Assembly (NCBI GenBank): GCA_963514005.1
Contig: OY740791.1
Coordinates: 52,018,001 to 52,082,000 of the forward strand
Length of the DNA: 64,000 bases
Reading direction: 5' to 3'
Origin: Raja brachyura
Taxonomy: Eukaryota
Under the pieces are notes generated by a model, which saw only the letters and a list, made by a program, of their open reading frames with translations, did no database searches and was not told the DNA's origin. A program made the position numbers and the translations under genes. This document shows positions 53,301 through 64,000 of the stretch, in pieces (the first letter of the stretch is position 1; each line of letters starts with the position of its first letter).

Positions 53301-55190
53301 ACTGTATGTGCAATTATAAATTAAATTGCTCCTTTGCTTGTCATTTTGACTTGTGAAAACTCTGCAGTGCAAAGATGCATTTGTCCACTCTTCAGATATT
53401 TTCAACTCTGCTAGGTACCTCCACCTGTTGGTCCTACCTCATTCATGGTCTCCTGTGCCCTCCCACCCATGTTCTGTCCAGAAATGGCTCTATCGTGGAA
53501 TCCATACCGTAACTCAAATCCATGCTCATCCTGTGCCTCATATTGTCAATCATCATCTTCTTGGGCATCCTGTCCATGTAACACATGATCTATCGATGTA
53601 ATTTGAATTCTGTCACTCATTCCCATCATTGCACCACCATTTTATTCACAATATTTTTCCTGAACTGAATCCAAATTCTCGGATTATCAAATAGAATTTA
53701 AACCTGTGCCTCTGGACTATTAATCTCAAAGAGTCTTGGATTAATATCCAGTTAGCCTATGACAATCCAAACGTACGTCAAAAGCAAATAAATAATGTAC
53801 CCATTAACAGGAGTCAGCACAACACATTTGAAAATAAATTGGAGAGTAACTCATCACCAAGTCCCAATCTGGTAATGTTGGGAAAAATTAATGACATATT
53901 GTGTATCATATTTCATATAAAGTATCATATTTGTGGAAAACAGAGTTAATGGAATCTCTATTGTGTTTTGTTAAATATGTGAAATTAAATTGTATGTAAA
54001 ATCATGAGGGGAATAGATAGGGTGAGGTGCGCAGAGTCATTGACCCAACATAAAGTAATCAAATACTAGAAGACATAGGTTTAAGTTGAGAGGGGGGAGA
54101 TTTCATTGAAACCTGAGTGGCAGCTTTTTCACTCAGATGATGGTGGTTATATGGAACAAGCTGAAAGAGAAGGTGGTTGAGGAAGGAACTATAACTGCAT
54201 GTAAAAGACACTTAGGCAGGTACATGAACCACCGGGTGGCACCGCAATGGCTGCCTCGCCAACAGTCTGTCTCGTCCTTTTTCTTCTTTGTTGTATTTCA
54301 GTATGTGTTAAATGGATGTTTTAGTGTTCTTTAGCTTTGTTTTATGAGGGGGGGGCAGGGTGGGGGAAACTTTTTTAAATCTCTTACCTCGACAAAGATG
54401 CATTTTTTTCCATATCGTATCTCCATCCGCACTGTGGCCAAACAGCGAGGTGCTGGCGGCCTCTTGCTGGGGATTGACTTTGGGAGCTCCAACCGCGGGA
54501 GCCTGCAGGATTTAACATTATGGAGCTGGTGGTCCCATTGTCGGGGATCGACCTTGAAGCCCCAACCGTGGGAGACTGCGGATTTAACATTGTGGAGCTC
54601 ATGGTCCCTTGGTTAGGGAGGCTTCGGGAGGCTCAAGCCGCAGGAGCTTCGACCACCCTGACCTGGGGGCTTCAATTATTGGCTGTGGGAGCTTCTATCA
54701 TCCCGACTGTGGTTGGTTTGACTGACCCGACCACGGGAGAATAAAGAGTGAAGAAGATTAGACTTCATTGCCTTCCATCACAGTGAGGAATGTGGAGAAT
54801 CCGCTGTGGTGGATGTTTTTATTAACTTTTATGTAGTTGTGTGTCTTGTTGCTTTTTTAGTGTGACTATAATAAATTGTACCTTAATTGGTGCACATGAC
54901 AATAAAATACATTTGAACCTTTGGTTAAGGTATTCGGTCAATTGCAGGCAAATGGGACTAGCTTGGATGGGGCATCTTGGATGGTATAGACTGGTTGAGC
55001 CAAAGGACCCCGTTCTGTGCTGTATGACTCTACGAATCTTTCACTTTATAAAAGGTGTAAACATTTTAAATGGTGTCCTCTCTCTGAACAGGTTTAGGCA
55101 ATCAAAGACAGAAAGCTCCACGATCAAAAAGTGACACAGAAGGTGAATCTCACCTTTATGGCAACCCTGATGAAATTCAGCAGATGGAAG
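29221..55190 (+). CDS. Spliced gene (11 coding exons in window, 3' incomplete): type I membrane receptor with 8 Ig domains, CD4/LAG-3/G6F-related IgSF member
   Basis: Exons 29221-29308, 29966-30307, 30888-31154, 33784-34122, 34201-34461, 35179-35520, 36282-36554, 49216-49554, 50358-50627, 52350-52457, 55092-55190. All are flanked by AG/GT and all introns are phase 1. Internal exon lengths are multiples of 3, and the 2728 nt joined by hand have no stop. The family assignment (V-C2 alternation, WxC, YxN tail) is less certain than the gene structure. Confidence 0.88.
29370..29760 (+). mobile_element. Old L2-like LINE RT remnant in intron 1
   Basis: Decayed SAAFDTVVH motif (LSAAFDTVDH type); paralogous copy at 10490-10755. 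Confidence 0.65.
29966..30307 (+). CDS. Exon 2: Ig D1, V-like domain with no cysteines
   Basis: tttgcaacag| ... ATCAAAG|gtgagt, 342 nt; IVLNGP (B strand), FWEWK (C strand), LDLTI (E strand), AGLFTL (F strand). Confidence 0.88.
30888..31154 (+). CDS. Exon 3: Ig D2, C2-type
   Basis: ttttcacag| ... GCGG|gtaagt, 267 nt; [18 protein letters not shown]. Confidence 0.9.
31765..31832 (+). pseudogene. Remnant of an extra D2-type exon 3' end inside intron 3
   Basis: aagtgcaggaaaatgaaaacatggttcaatcaagtaa ([11 protein letters not shown]) matches the D2 end [11 protein letters not shown]; followed by a second copy of the intron-3 start sequence. Confidence 0.6.
31917..32870 (+). mobile_element. CR1 LINE, 5'-truncated, in intron 3
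   Basis: Highly similar to 1917-2868; absent from the paralogous pseudogene intron near 15155. Confidence 0.95.
33784..34122 (+). CDS. Exon 4: Ig D3, V-type
   Basis: gatacag| ... AAAG|gtagga, 339 nt; LHLVC, WTW, DFIVRI, DAGVYKC. Confidence 0.9.
34201..34461 (+). CDS. Exon 5: Ig D4, C2-type with WxC motif
   Basis: tttccacag| ... AGTG|gtaagc, 261 nt; [19 protein letters not shown]. Confidence 0.9.
35179..35520 (+). CDS. Exon 6: Ig D5, paralog of D1 lacking canonical cysteines
   Basis: ttccaacag| ... ATCAAAG|gtgata, 342 nt; shares VLxGPD, EWxPHSG, KPTF, AGLFT, QTEP and FGIK with D1. Confidence 0.88.
36282..36554 (+). CDS. Exon 7: Ig D6, paralog of D2 (F-strand Cys replaced by Trp)
   Basis: tttccacag| ... 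CAGG|gtgagt, 273 nt; [21 protein letters not shown]. Confidence 0.88.
36849..38919 (+). mobile_element. DIRS1-type retroelement, 5' part only (left terminus, decayed gag, start of RT)
   Basis: Begins ATTTTACTTCGGAGTCACGTGAGTGACTACGTGAAG; similar to 38920-40905; ends in RT at LSSAPR. Confidence 0.88.
38920..43647 (+). mobile_element. Full-length but inactivated DIRS1-type tyrosine-recombinase retrotransposon
   Basis: Inverted termini; internal complementary region at about 43310-43420; gag-like 39134+; RT (IDLKDA, YLDD) 40364-41130; RNase H ([12 protein letters not shown]); methyltransferase-like ([10 protein letters not shown]); YR 42256-43060; many stops and frameshifts. Confidence 0.95.
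43752..48012 (-). mobile_element. DIRS1-type retrotransposon, degenerate, different subfamily
   Basis: Same terminal motifs in reverse; ICR at about 43978-44090; RT ORF 45777-46154 ([14 protein letters not shown]); LQTDAS near 45545. Confidence 0.92.
47592..47800. repeat. Short tandem repeats in the gag region of a DIRS element
   Basis: ttaccgcctgtccgtggcgaacca x3 and cgggagctgcaggtagcacctgcagctc x2. Confidence 0.85.
48040..48690 (-). mobile_element. Rex1/Babar-like LINE fragment
   Basis: [27 protein letters not shown]; same family as 11447-12465. Confidence 0.88.
48697..49110 (+). mobile_element. CR1 LINE fragment
   Basis: Similar to 2200-2570 ([13 protein letters not shown]). Confidence 0.88.
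49216..49554 (+). CDS. Exon 8: Ig D7, V-type paralog of D3 (absent from ORF track)
   Basis: ttttgtag| ... ACAG|gtagga, 339 nt. Hand translation is open: [36 protein letters not shown]...[18 protein letters not shown]...IELITVT. Confidence 0.9.
50358..50627 (+). CDS. Exon 9: Ig D8, C2-type with WxC, paralog of D4
   Basis: tttccacag| ... AACA|gtaagt, 270 nt; [27 protein letters not shown]. Confidence 0.9.
50760..51250 (-). mobile_element. Decayed RTE-type LINE fragment
   Basis: [24 protein letters not shown] resembles the RTE RT C-terminal F.YLGS.LS...IDDEI..R. Confidence 0.6.
52350..52457 (+). CDS. Exon 10: transmembrane helix and basic stop-transfer
   Basis: ttttgacag| ... ACAG|gtaaag, 108 nt; [25 protein letters not shown] followed by QRKRK. 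Confidence 0.88.
53995..55035 (+). mobile_element. Old CR1 3' end interrupted by a non-autonomous LINE-tailed repeat (about 54230-54920)
   Basis: [13 protein letters not shown] motif; the inner element ends in gtgcacatgacaataaa, like the Rex1 tails elsewhere in the window. Confidence 0.55.
55092..55190 (+). CDS. Exon 11: first cytoplasmic exon [33 protein letters not shown]
   Basis: ctctctgaacag| ... GAAG|gtaatg, 99 nt, phase 1-1, open in the frame set by the TM exon; contains YGN. Confidence 0.75.
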
Positions 55191-55522
55191 GTAATGTGAA
55201 AACAAGAAGCATAAAAGAAAATTCATAATTGTTGTGTCCATTTTCTCATGCCAATTCTGTCTGCCATTAGTAATTTAAAAGTACACTTAAAACATAGAAT
55301 TGTGCTTTTATTTTGTTATAAACAAATTGTTGGTCTCATAAATAAGGAACATTCCTAAACTGAGAGCATGGGATGGTCCGATCACACACGACCCAAAGAT
55401 CACAATTGTGCCATCAAACGCTTACCCACCATAGGACAGAGTTCAGGGTAAAGTGCCTGTCCCAGAGGTTGCTGTCCGACATCCAGATGACATTATGTGT
55501 CAAGTGAAGCTGGCTGAGGTTT

Positions 55523-58500
55523 AATAGTAAGATTAAACGAGAACTTACCAGTTTGAAGTTTGATCCTTATTTTATGAGGAGTTACGTTGAGCGATTACGT
55601 GAAGAAGTCCCGCCAGGCGCATGCGCGTCATACTTCAAAGCAGCGGCGTGAAAACACAGAAACATATATAGCCGAAGTAAGGCTTTAAGAAGACTAGAAC
55701 AACCAGTTGATCTCTTAGATTATGAGGGTGGGTGCGGAGGACACGTAATCCCTCAACATAACTCCTCATAAAATAAGGATCAAACTTCGAACTGGTAAAT
55801 CTTACTATTTTACTTCGGAGTCACGTGAATGACTACGTGAAGATTTCAAAGCTCTGTGTTTACATGCCGTAGATGCACTCCATATGACAAACTGCTTCGG
55901 TTGACACAGTAGTAAATAAATAATATATTGAACATTGCTTCAAATTATTCAATAACTATTTTTAATAACAATAATAACAAAAAATCAGTAATAACCGCTC
56001 TATCCCAGGTGGAAATTACAAACAATGATACAAACAAAGCAAATTAATTAAACGGAACCCAAAACAGCATGCCCAAACCGTGGCACTGTCTGTACAGGTT
56101 TATCATAAAACTATGAGAAAGCGGATTCTCTAGACCATCCTGCGGTCGCGAGGATTTGGTCTAGCGGCACGTCCTGAGCCTTCGCCGCGGATGTGGAAGC
56201 CGCCCTGGTGGAGTGAGATTTAAACACATGAGTGTCGACTCCAGCACAATTGAGAACCCGTTTCAACCATCTAGAAATAGTTTGTACTGACTCTCTTTTA
56301 TATGGCTTTTTGTGACTAATGAGCAGTCCTGTCTCAGAACCCCTGAGACTCCTTGTTAACTCAAGATATTGCCTTAAGTGTTTAACTACACATAACATTT
56401 GGTCATCAGCATATGCTTTAAACGTCACCTTGGTTCCTGCCATACCTAGCCTGCTTTGTTTGATTAAATCATAGACATAAAATGTAATGTCATCTACAGA
56501 CAAATGCATACAATCTATTCGTAACAATTGTAATGTTTGTACACGTTGTGCTGAAACCAGCGCCATAAGCATAACCACTTTCAGAGTTAATCTCTGCATA
56601 GACAACGGCGTAATTGGAGCCCACTGCCGAAGCAGTGTGAGAACTATACTGATATCCCATATATCTGTATATCTAGGTTTAGGAGGGTTTTTGTTAAAAA
56701 TTCCTCTCATAAATCGGGATACTAATTGATGAGGCCCGATAGGCTGTTGTCCTGAGGACTGTCCTAAATAAGAGGACAAAGCATTTTGAGCACTGTTAAT
56801 AGCAACTATAACTCAAGTGCTCATCAAAATGCAACTTAGCAAGGAACTCCAACACATCACTTATGCTTGCAGTATGATAAGATAAATTTGACTGTACACA
56901 AAACATCTCCCATTTCTTAATATGAACCACATATTGTTTTTTAGTACTATTCCTCCAGGCTGCAGTGATAATCTCCATGGTCCTGTTCGACAATCCAAGG
57001 CCTTGGAATGGTCTGTTCAGAACCTGCAGACCAACAAATTGATACGGTTATGTAATGGGTGACTTTCTCCTGTAACCGGATGCACCAACAAATTACTGCA
57101 GCTGGGAACCATCATGAATGGCTGAACCATCATTCTGAGTACCAATGGGAACCATGGTTGTGTTGGCCAATCTGAGACCACCAAAACGCCTGTGGCGGAG
57201 TCACGCTCTATTTTGGTTAGACATTTCGTAATCAGACAAAATGGAGGGAAAGCATAAAAGAATGATTGCCCCCAATGTAACTAAAAATGCATCCACAGCT
57301 ACTGCTCCTGGATCTGGTTCCTGTGAAACATATTTAGGCAACTGGTGATTCAGTCTGGATGCAAACAGATCAATATCTGGCAATCCAAGTCGAGTGACAA
57401 TTGTTTGAAAAACTTTAGAATTCAACATCCATTCTATATTACCATTGAATATTTGTGACCTTTGGTCTGCCACCACATTGTCTACCCCTGGCAGCTAGAT
57501 GGCTGAAACCCAAATGTTTCTTGAAATACACCAATGCCATATGAGATTAGCCATGCTATCACATGAAACTGATCTCGCTCCTCCCATATGATTAATATAT
57601 GCCACTGCCGTAGTGTTATCAATCTGGAGTTGAACGTGTAAATTATTTGTTGTGGAGCAATATGCCTTTAACCCATAAAAGGCCCCCCAATAATTCCAAA
57701 TAATTTATCCCTTGTGTGTGAAGAATCAAACCTTCTTGTTCATTCCATCTACCTCCACAGCTGGACTCAATGTCCGCAGCCCCCCATCTGAGAGCACTCA
57801 CATCATTCTGTAAAATAATTGAAGGTTCCTGCACCAAAATGTTATTGGTAGCTTGACTGACATTAACAATCCACCACTGCAATTCTGCTAGAGCTGTGGC
57901 TGGTAACTGCATAACCCAATTAAAATGGCCTGCATGCTCTTTTAGTGCTTGTTCTCTTGCTCTTTGCAAATGTTGATAATGCAAAGGACCGAACTTTACT
58001 GCAGGGAAAGCTGCTACCAATTTCCCAATGACCTTAGCAACTTCTCGGATGGAGGGATAAAGTTTTTGTGTGAGACAAGTACAGACCTCAGCAATATCCA
58101 CAATCTTGACTGCTGGTAATGTTACTGTCATATCAACTGAATCAATAAGAAATCCCAAATACTGAATATTTTGGGTTGGCTGTAATTTGGACTTAGTTGG
58201 ATGGACCAAAAACCCTAATGATTCAAACACATTTTTGGTTACTACAACCGACTCCTCAGCTGACTCTTTAGTGTTGCTGATAATTAAGACATCATCTAGG
58301 TCTGCCATGACAATGTGATTACGAGCCCTTAACAGCCCCAGCACAGGTTTTAACAATTTAGTAAATAGCCTAGGTGCTGAGCTTAATCCATTAGACAATG
58401 CTTTGTATCCATTGTATAATAGCTGGCCCATCCAATTAAATTTCAAGTACCTGCAATAATGAGCATGAATTGGCACTGAATAATATGCATCTTGCAAATC

Positions 58501-60294
58501 AATAGTTGTCATATAACAACCTTGTGAGACCAGCTGTTTTGCAGTAATGGAGATGTCCATTTTAAAATGTCTATAGAGCACTGAAGAATTTAAGTGAGTG
58601 AGGTCCAGAATTACTCTTCAACCCCCATCTTTCTTAGGTCTGGGGAATATATTAGACACAAATTGTTGAGAATGTGTAATGGCTTTTTCAATCACTCCTT
58701 TTTTACACAAATTGTTAATCTCTTCGTTAACCTGTTCTCTCTGGAGCAGAAAACACCAACATTTTATTTGGCTTGTGCTGCTGAGGTGGATCTATTCGTG
58801 AGCTAAACTCAATGGTAGAACCTGACACAGTATTTAGTATAAACATATCACATGTAATGCAGCACCATTCATTGTAAAACAATTGTAATCTACCTCCAAT
58901 AGGAGGTTGTGCATCAGAACCTTTAACAAAAGTTCCCTGTACCTCTGCAGTTGGCCTGAAAGCCTGCTGTCTGCTCATATTGGGGTTGAAGCCCCTTTGT
59001 CTTGGTGGGTAACCTCGTTGCCCCACTGGCCTCCCCTGCTCGGCCCAGCACCTGGATCCGATCTTCGATACACAAACCCAGGTTTGCGAAAAGGTGGCCG
59101 TGATGTGTTTGGCTTCATCAAACCAATTGTTTTTGCCTCATCATCAATATCTCGTATCTGTTTGACAAGGTCTGTTCCAATGCAGCAAATTTTTGATTAA
59201 GAGTTGGTCTGATGGCGATTTTTCTAATGCAATTTACTTCAAAAATGCATTGCATAACAGAACCAACATATCTTTTTGTGTCTGATTTATCATGGTCCCT
59301 TTGACCATAGTGCCAAATGCAGTATTTGCTGCAGCCACCAGTTGGAGGACGTGTTGATGTCGAACCTCCTGTCCTCTCATAGAAGGACTCATGGGTGCCC
59401 AAATAGCTGGGTTCACCATAGGCACTTTCAATGCTGCACAATTGACAAGTGTTTTGTACTTGTTGGTAGTCTCTTGCATTATAGCTTGCTGGAGCTGGTG
59501 AGACACTAAATAACTAACGTTGTTTGCAAAATACTCGTCCATTGCCTCACCAGTCCCCTCCGGAATAGCAAAACTCATTGCAATATCCGGGACACCCGGA
59601 GCGTGGCTCTTGTGCTCTGGTGTTTGCAATAAGCAGGGACACCAGACATGGGGTCAGCTGCATCCTGCCCCGCTTCTCCCAAGTCATAAATTAGGGAGGC
59701 ATCCTCCAGTCCTAAACAAGGCGCTGGAAGGAAACCCTCTTGCTGGCATTCCACATATTCCGCTTGATATGGGCCTTGTTGAACAGCTGCCTGGGGAATC
59801 ACTGGGCCCTTAGACCCTTGTTTTATCAGAGTTTGGAGCATCTTCTCCATATTCTGCATCCTCCCCCACATTCTTTTATTATCTGGAGGAGAGCCACATT
59901 CTTCTTCAGAATCGTCTGATAACACAGGTCTATTAGATTTTCTTTTAGCCTTTCGATGGCTGTCGGCGGCCTCAGCCTCCTGAGTAACTGGAACTGGTGT
60001 GGAAAGTTCACTTTCTAATGAAACTGTTGTCGGTAAAATGGCACCCGTTATCGGAACCGGCGTTGCCGCGCTAATCTCCCGACCCAATCGATTTAGTGAA
60101 TCCATGGACCCACGCTTAGAACAAACTCTCCTACCTGACCGCTCCATACCACCAACACCGACTGACTTCTCGAGCCAGCTTTACGGAGTTAAATGCTCTC
60201 AGGCAAAGTTCTTAAAACCACTTACCTGCGAGTTTTCTACTTACCGCTGGTGGAGCTGTGCCCTCCAGCTCGTTCAGTGACTCCGAAGTAAAAT
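55523..60294 (-). mobile_element. DIRS1-type retrotransposon, near full length, inactivated
   Basis: Termini plus ICR (about 55745-55845); YR 56111-56779 with HSTRAASTS; MT-like [10 protein letters not shown]; RT/RNase H 57643-58581; gag-like 59118-60147. Confidence 0.95.
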
Positions 60295-62841
60295 TGGATC
60301 ATTGATTTGAGACTTCACTGAGAGGTGGCTCCTGAGAACAGTGCAGCAAAATGCAGGGAGAAGCATTAGCCAATGTGTGTGGCTTTTCTCACAATTGATT
60401 CGGCCAAATGAAGGTGATTGTAGAGAAGCCATCACAGATTCAGCAGCTTTACAAAATTTGTCTCCATTTTCCATCTGCAGCATAATAGCAGACAAGTCAT
60501 AAATCCAAGCAATGGGTCCACTACAGACTCTATCAGAGTGGAGATTGAGATCAAGCAATGTTGTGTCATCAATCTAACCCTATTCTCATTATTTCTCACT
60601 GCAACATTACACCTCACCTCCAACAGGTTTGCCTGTTCGTCTACAAGAGCAATGCTCCTCGTTAACCGTCGCCACCTCTCCAGAGGAGCTGCGTTCAATG
60701 CAACCTCAGTTGTATAGCTGTGGTGCATGGAAGCAACTTTTACTTGTGCCCTGAGGTCACTGTGGACTCTTTCGCTGAGACACCAGAATCACAGAATGTT
60801 TACAGTAAGGATTGAAGCCATCTGGCTCATTGAGTCATAACCAGCTCTGTTTAAGAGCAATTGAACTGTCACTTCCCCATCCTCGCCCAAGAGCCCTAAA
60901 ATGATCTAATTTCAGATGCAAATTCAAGAATGAGCCTTCCCCTGAAGAATGGACGTCCAAGGTCCTCGTACAACACAGCCTTCTGACAATAACATTTATG
61001 ATGAGGACTTGGAAGCTTTAGGGGATGGGCACATTGGCTGATGTTTAGGTCCCAACACAGATACTTTACTCTGAGCTCTACCCACTCTGGAGATTTTCAA
61101 GACAACAGAGAGACGTGGGATATAGAACAGTACAGCACAGTAACGGGCCACTTTGGTCCACAATATCTGTATATTGGCCTGGCCATGCTCAATGCTGATG
61201 CTACAACAACCCATCTGCTCCCTTGGTCCTACCCCTACACTCAACCAGCCTTCCTGTCAGTACTGCCCCTCAGGCCCTCCCTGTGAAATGCCATGTAATA
61301 GTACCTACAGGATCACAAACATTTTATTGAAGATCCTCAATGAACAATAGCCAGGACTAAGCCTTCTGTGATTAGGACGTGCCACATTTACCCAGGTAAA
61401 ACCTGTTGAAGTTCATTCATTCTGAGCTTTTGGAATTCTAGACTGGGAAATGACCCGGCACTTTCACATTGAAGTTGACATTCATTGGTTTATTATTGTC
61501 ACATGCACTAAGATAAAGTGAAAACTTTGCCTTGTGTGCCATCCTAATATGGTCGCAATTTAGGGAATTAATTAATTTAGGGAACACTGTGTTTCCATGA
61601 ACTTTGATATTATATATACATGGTCTTATCCCACCATTAAATGTCTCTGACATACATCTGAAACCATGTTCCTGGTCATTCTGGTGGATCTGATTATTAA
61701 TGGGGTACTGTTTCAACACTGGACTGCTGCTTCTTTAAAATCAAGCCGGATTAAAGAAATCAAGCTGGATTAATCAGAAAATAATACTTATTTTCCAGAA
61801 ATTAATGAGACCCCAGTGCCTGAGATGAGCCGTGTTGTTAAATATATGTCTGTGAGTATGAAGAAAAAGCAAGAAGGTAAATAGATGACAGTCAATGAAT
61901 CTCTAGTTGTAGAGGTGTTGTATTTGATGAAGCAACCTATTTCACATTTCACAGTTTTGTAACAAGAATGTGAGGAAGGGAATCTCAAGCACACAAACTA
62001 AATGATCAATGCAACAGTCTCTCTTGTGTCAATTCACCCCTCAGCCCCAATCTTCCTCATCCAACTGCAGGTCTTACTGTGCATTGGTCAATTGACTAAT
62101 TTTCACTGGACTATCATGGTCAACCCATGAATGTTCAGACATCACCATGAACAACATATTCACACTCATAATTTATTGTTGATCCTGATTGACAAATTGG
62201 TTAGTGGCTCTCTAAAGAATGAACAACACTTGCCCTTTCAAAAGTTACCATCCCTTTCAAAAAATATAATCTAGCATTAAATGCCTCCAATTCAATTTAC
62301 CAGTAGTTCAGATTTTATTTTAAAGTGAAAATAACAACAACATTTCAGAATGGTTTGAGCATCATTAATAGATGGTGGACAGATGATGTTTCGGATCGAG
62401 ACCCTTCTTTTGAGTCTGAAGAAGGGTCACGACCCAAAACATCACCTATACATGTCCTCCAGAGATGCTGAATGACATACTCCAGCACTTTGTGTCCCTT
62501 TGTGTATTAACCAACATCTGCAGTTCTTTGTTTCTACCTTAGACAGTATTGTTTTTGCCAGAATTTAGACCACATTTCTGATGAATCAGATGAACAACAG
62601 AGTAATCGTTCTTGAAAAATCTGAAGGAATCTTTTAATAAATCAGACATTGCTCATGTTTTAATGAGAACAATATAAATGCATTACCTTGTTCCACAGTA
62701 TGGACCAATTGTATTCCACTGTGTTCCACTGTCAAGGGATCGATAGTATTCATATATTGTCTTTCTGCTGATGCAACAAAAGATTTTCACTGAACCTCGG
62801 CACACATGACAATAAACTAAACTGAACGTCAGCTGATCATG

Positions 62842-63875
62842 TAGCAATGTTACAAAATTTTGAGATTTTAAAAATCAAGTCTGCAATTTATCCCATCAGA
62901 TAAAGCATAACAAGAAGTTTAATTTGACACCTAATTTACTTTCATATCTTCAGTATTAAGAAAGTTATGGCCATTTTCATGCTCGGAAATGAGTATCTTG
63001 CTTCCCATTGCCTTTCAATTGACTTAACTCAAAAGCTGTGATCTGGAAAAATTAAAAGCCCATAACTTTATTAAAAATTAAGAGAACTCAATGAAATTTT
63101 CAGTCATTATAGATTGAAGCATTCTGAAACAAATATTAAACAATCTTACTTGGATTACCTGAAATTAAAGTATATAATTAGTTAGTTATCTAATTGTAGC
63201 TAATTACAAAATTCAATGAGTAGATCTAAACATCTATCAATTTCTTAAGAAAAGATAAACTTTTTTTTAATTGCCTAAGTGTCCAAATAACATTCACACA
63301 ATAATCCACAATATAACATAATTTTTAAATCTCATTTTCATGAATTTCTGGGCCAAATGGAAGGAATTTAGTGTTTTATGCTGTAAATAAATGGCCATTT
63401 AAATCAACTAGCGAGTGGGTTTTAGTGGAATGCGGTGGATTGGAACGTTGCGGTTAGCGGTGAAGTCGGGGGGGAAAATACTGGGGGTTCATACATTTTT
63501 TGGGGACCCCATTTCGCAACATGAAAATAGTATTTATGCCTCCCAAAAAACCAACTTTTAATAAAAAAATAAAGTATTTACCTTTATTTCTCCCCTACGC
63601 AAAATGCTTCCGGTGGTCTGCGGTCACGGCTTTTGAAGGTGATTTTTAAATTACTCTAATTAACAAATAACTTAGAGTAATTTAAAAATACCTTAATGGA
63701 TGAAATGTCGGAGCGATTTTTCTTCCGCAATTAAATCGCCCGACATTCATCGATTATCCTGGTCTGGTGAAAATCGGCACTTTAAGCCCGCCCCCCTCTG
63801 ACAGGCGTTAAAGTCGCGCACACGGGGAGCGGCAGAAGTGCAGCGCCGCTAAAGGTAAGTTTTGTAACATACCTA
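62842..63875. mobile_element. Non-autonomous DNA transposon with imperfect TIRs and 7-bp TSD
   Basis: TAGCAATGTTACAAAA ... TTTTGTAACATACCTA, flanked on both sides by GATCATG. Confidence 0.85.
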
Positions 63876-64000
63876 GATCATGTCTCCCCATATTCCTTGA
63901 TCTTAGTCCACATATGACTGGTTTCTACGTTTTCAAGAAGGAAGTGCAGATGCTGGAAAATCAAAGGTAGACAAGTGCTGGAGAAACTCAGCACGTGCGG

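Noticed and set aside
29221-55190. Calling the gene CD4 or LAG3 itself
   Set aside because: Eight domains, a Cys-less D1 and no CxC or EP-repeat in the visible tail; orthology cannot be shown without phylogeny and synteny
62690-62775. Possible final cytoplasmic exon (ttccacag followed by MDQLYSTV, ITIM-like)
   Set aside because: The YSTV frame needs a phase-2 acceptor but exon 11 ends in phase 1. The sequence also runs into a LINE-type 3' tail.

Overview
Vertebrate genomic DNA. The repeat content (CR1 and Rex1 LINEs, HE1-like SINEs, hammerhead-core short repeats) points to a cartilaginous fish, probably a skate or ray; this is an inference. The main feature is a spliced + strand gene that the ORF track only shows in pieces. 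It has a signal-peptide exon (29221-29308), eight single-exon Ig domains, a transmembrane exon and a first cytoplasmic exon (to 55190). All introns are phase 1 GT-AG, and 909 codons read open with no stop; the 3' end was not found in the window. The ectodomain is an internal duplication of a four-domain unit: V lacking the canonical Cys pair, C2, V, C2 with WxC. The tail carries a YxN motif, so the protein looks like an expanded, unusual relative of the CD4/LAG-3/G6F group. A truncated pseudogene paralog (10428-16370) lies upstream inside a scrambled segmental duplication. That duplication also holds fragments of unrelated genes: a copper amine oxidase (2 copies), BCL7 exon 1, a collapsed ZFP36-family exon, and an orphan six-CCAAT promoter. 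Four DIRS tyrosine-recombinase retroelements, many LINEs/SINEs and two DNA-transposon families fill the introns. No prokaryotic features, CRISPR arrays, rRNA or intact tRNA genes were seen.
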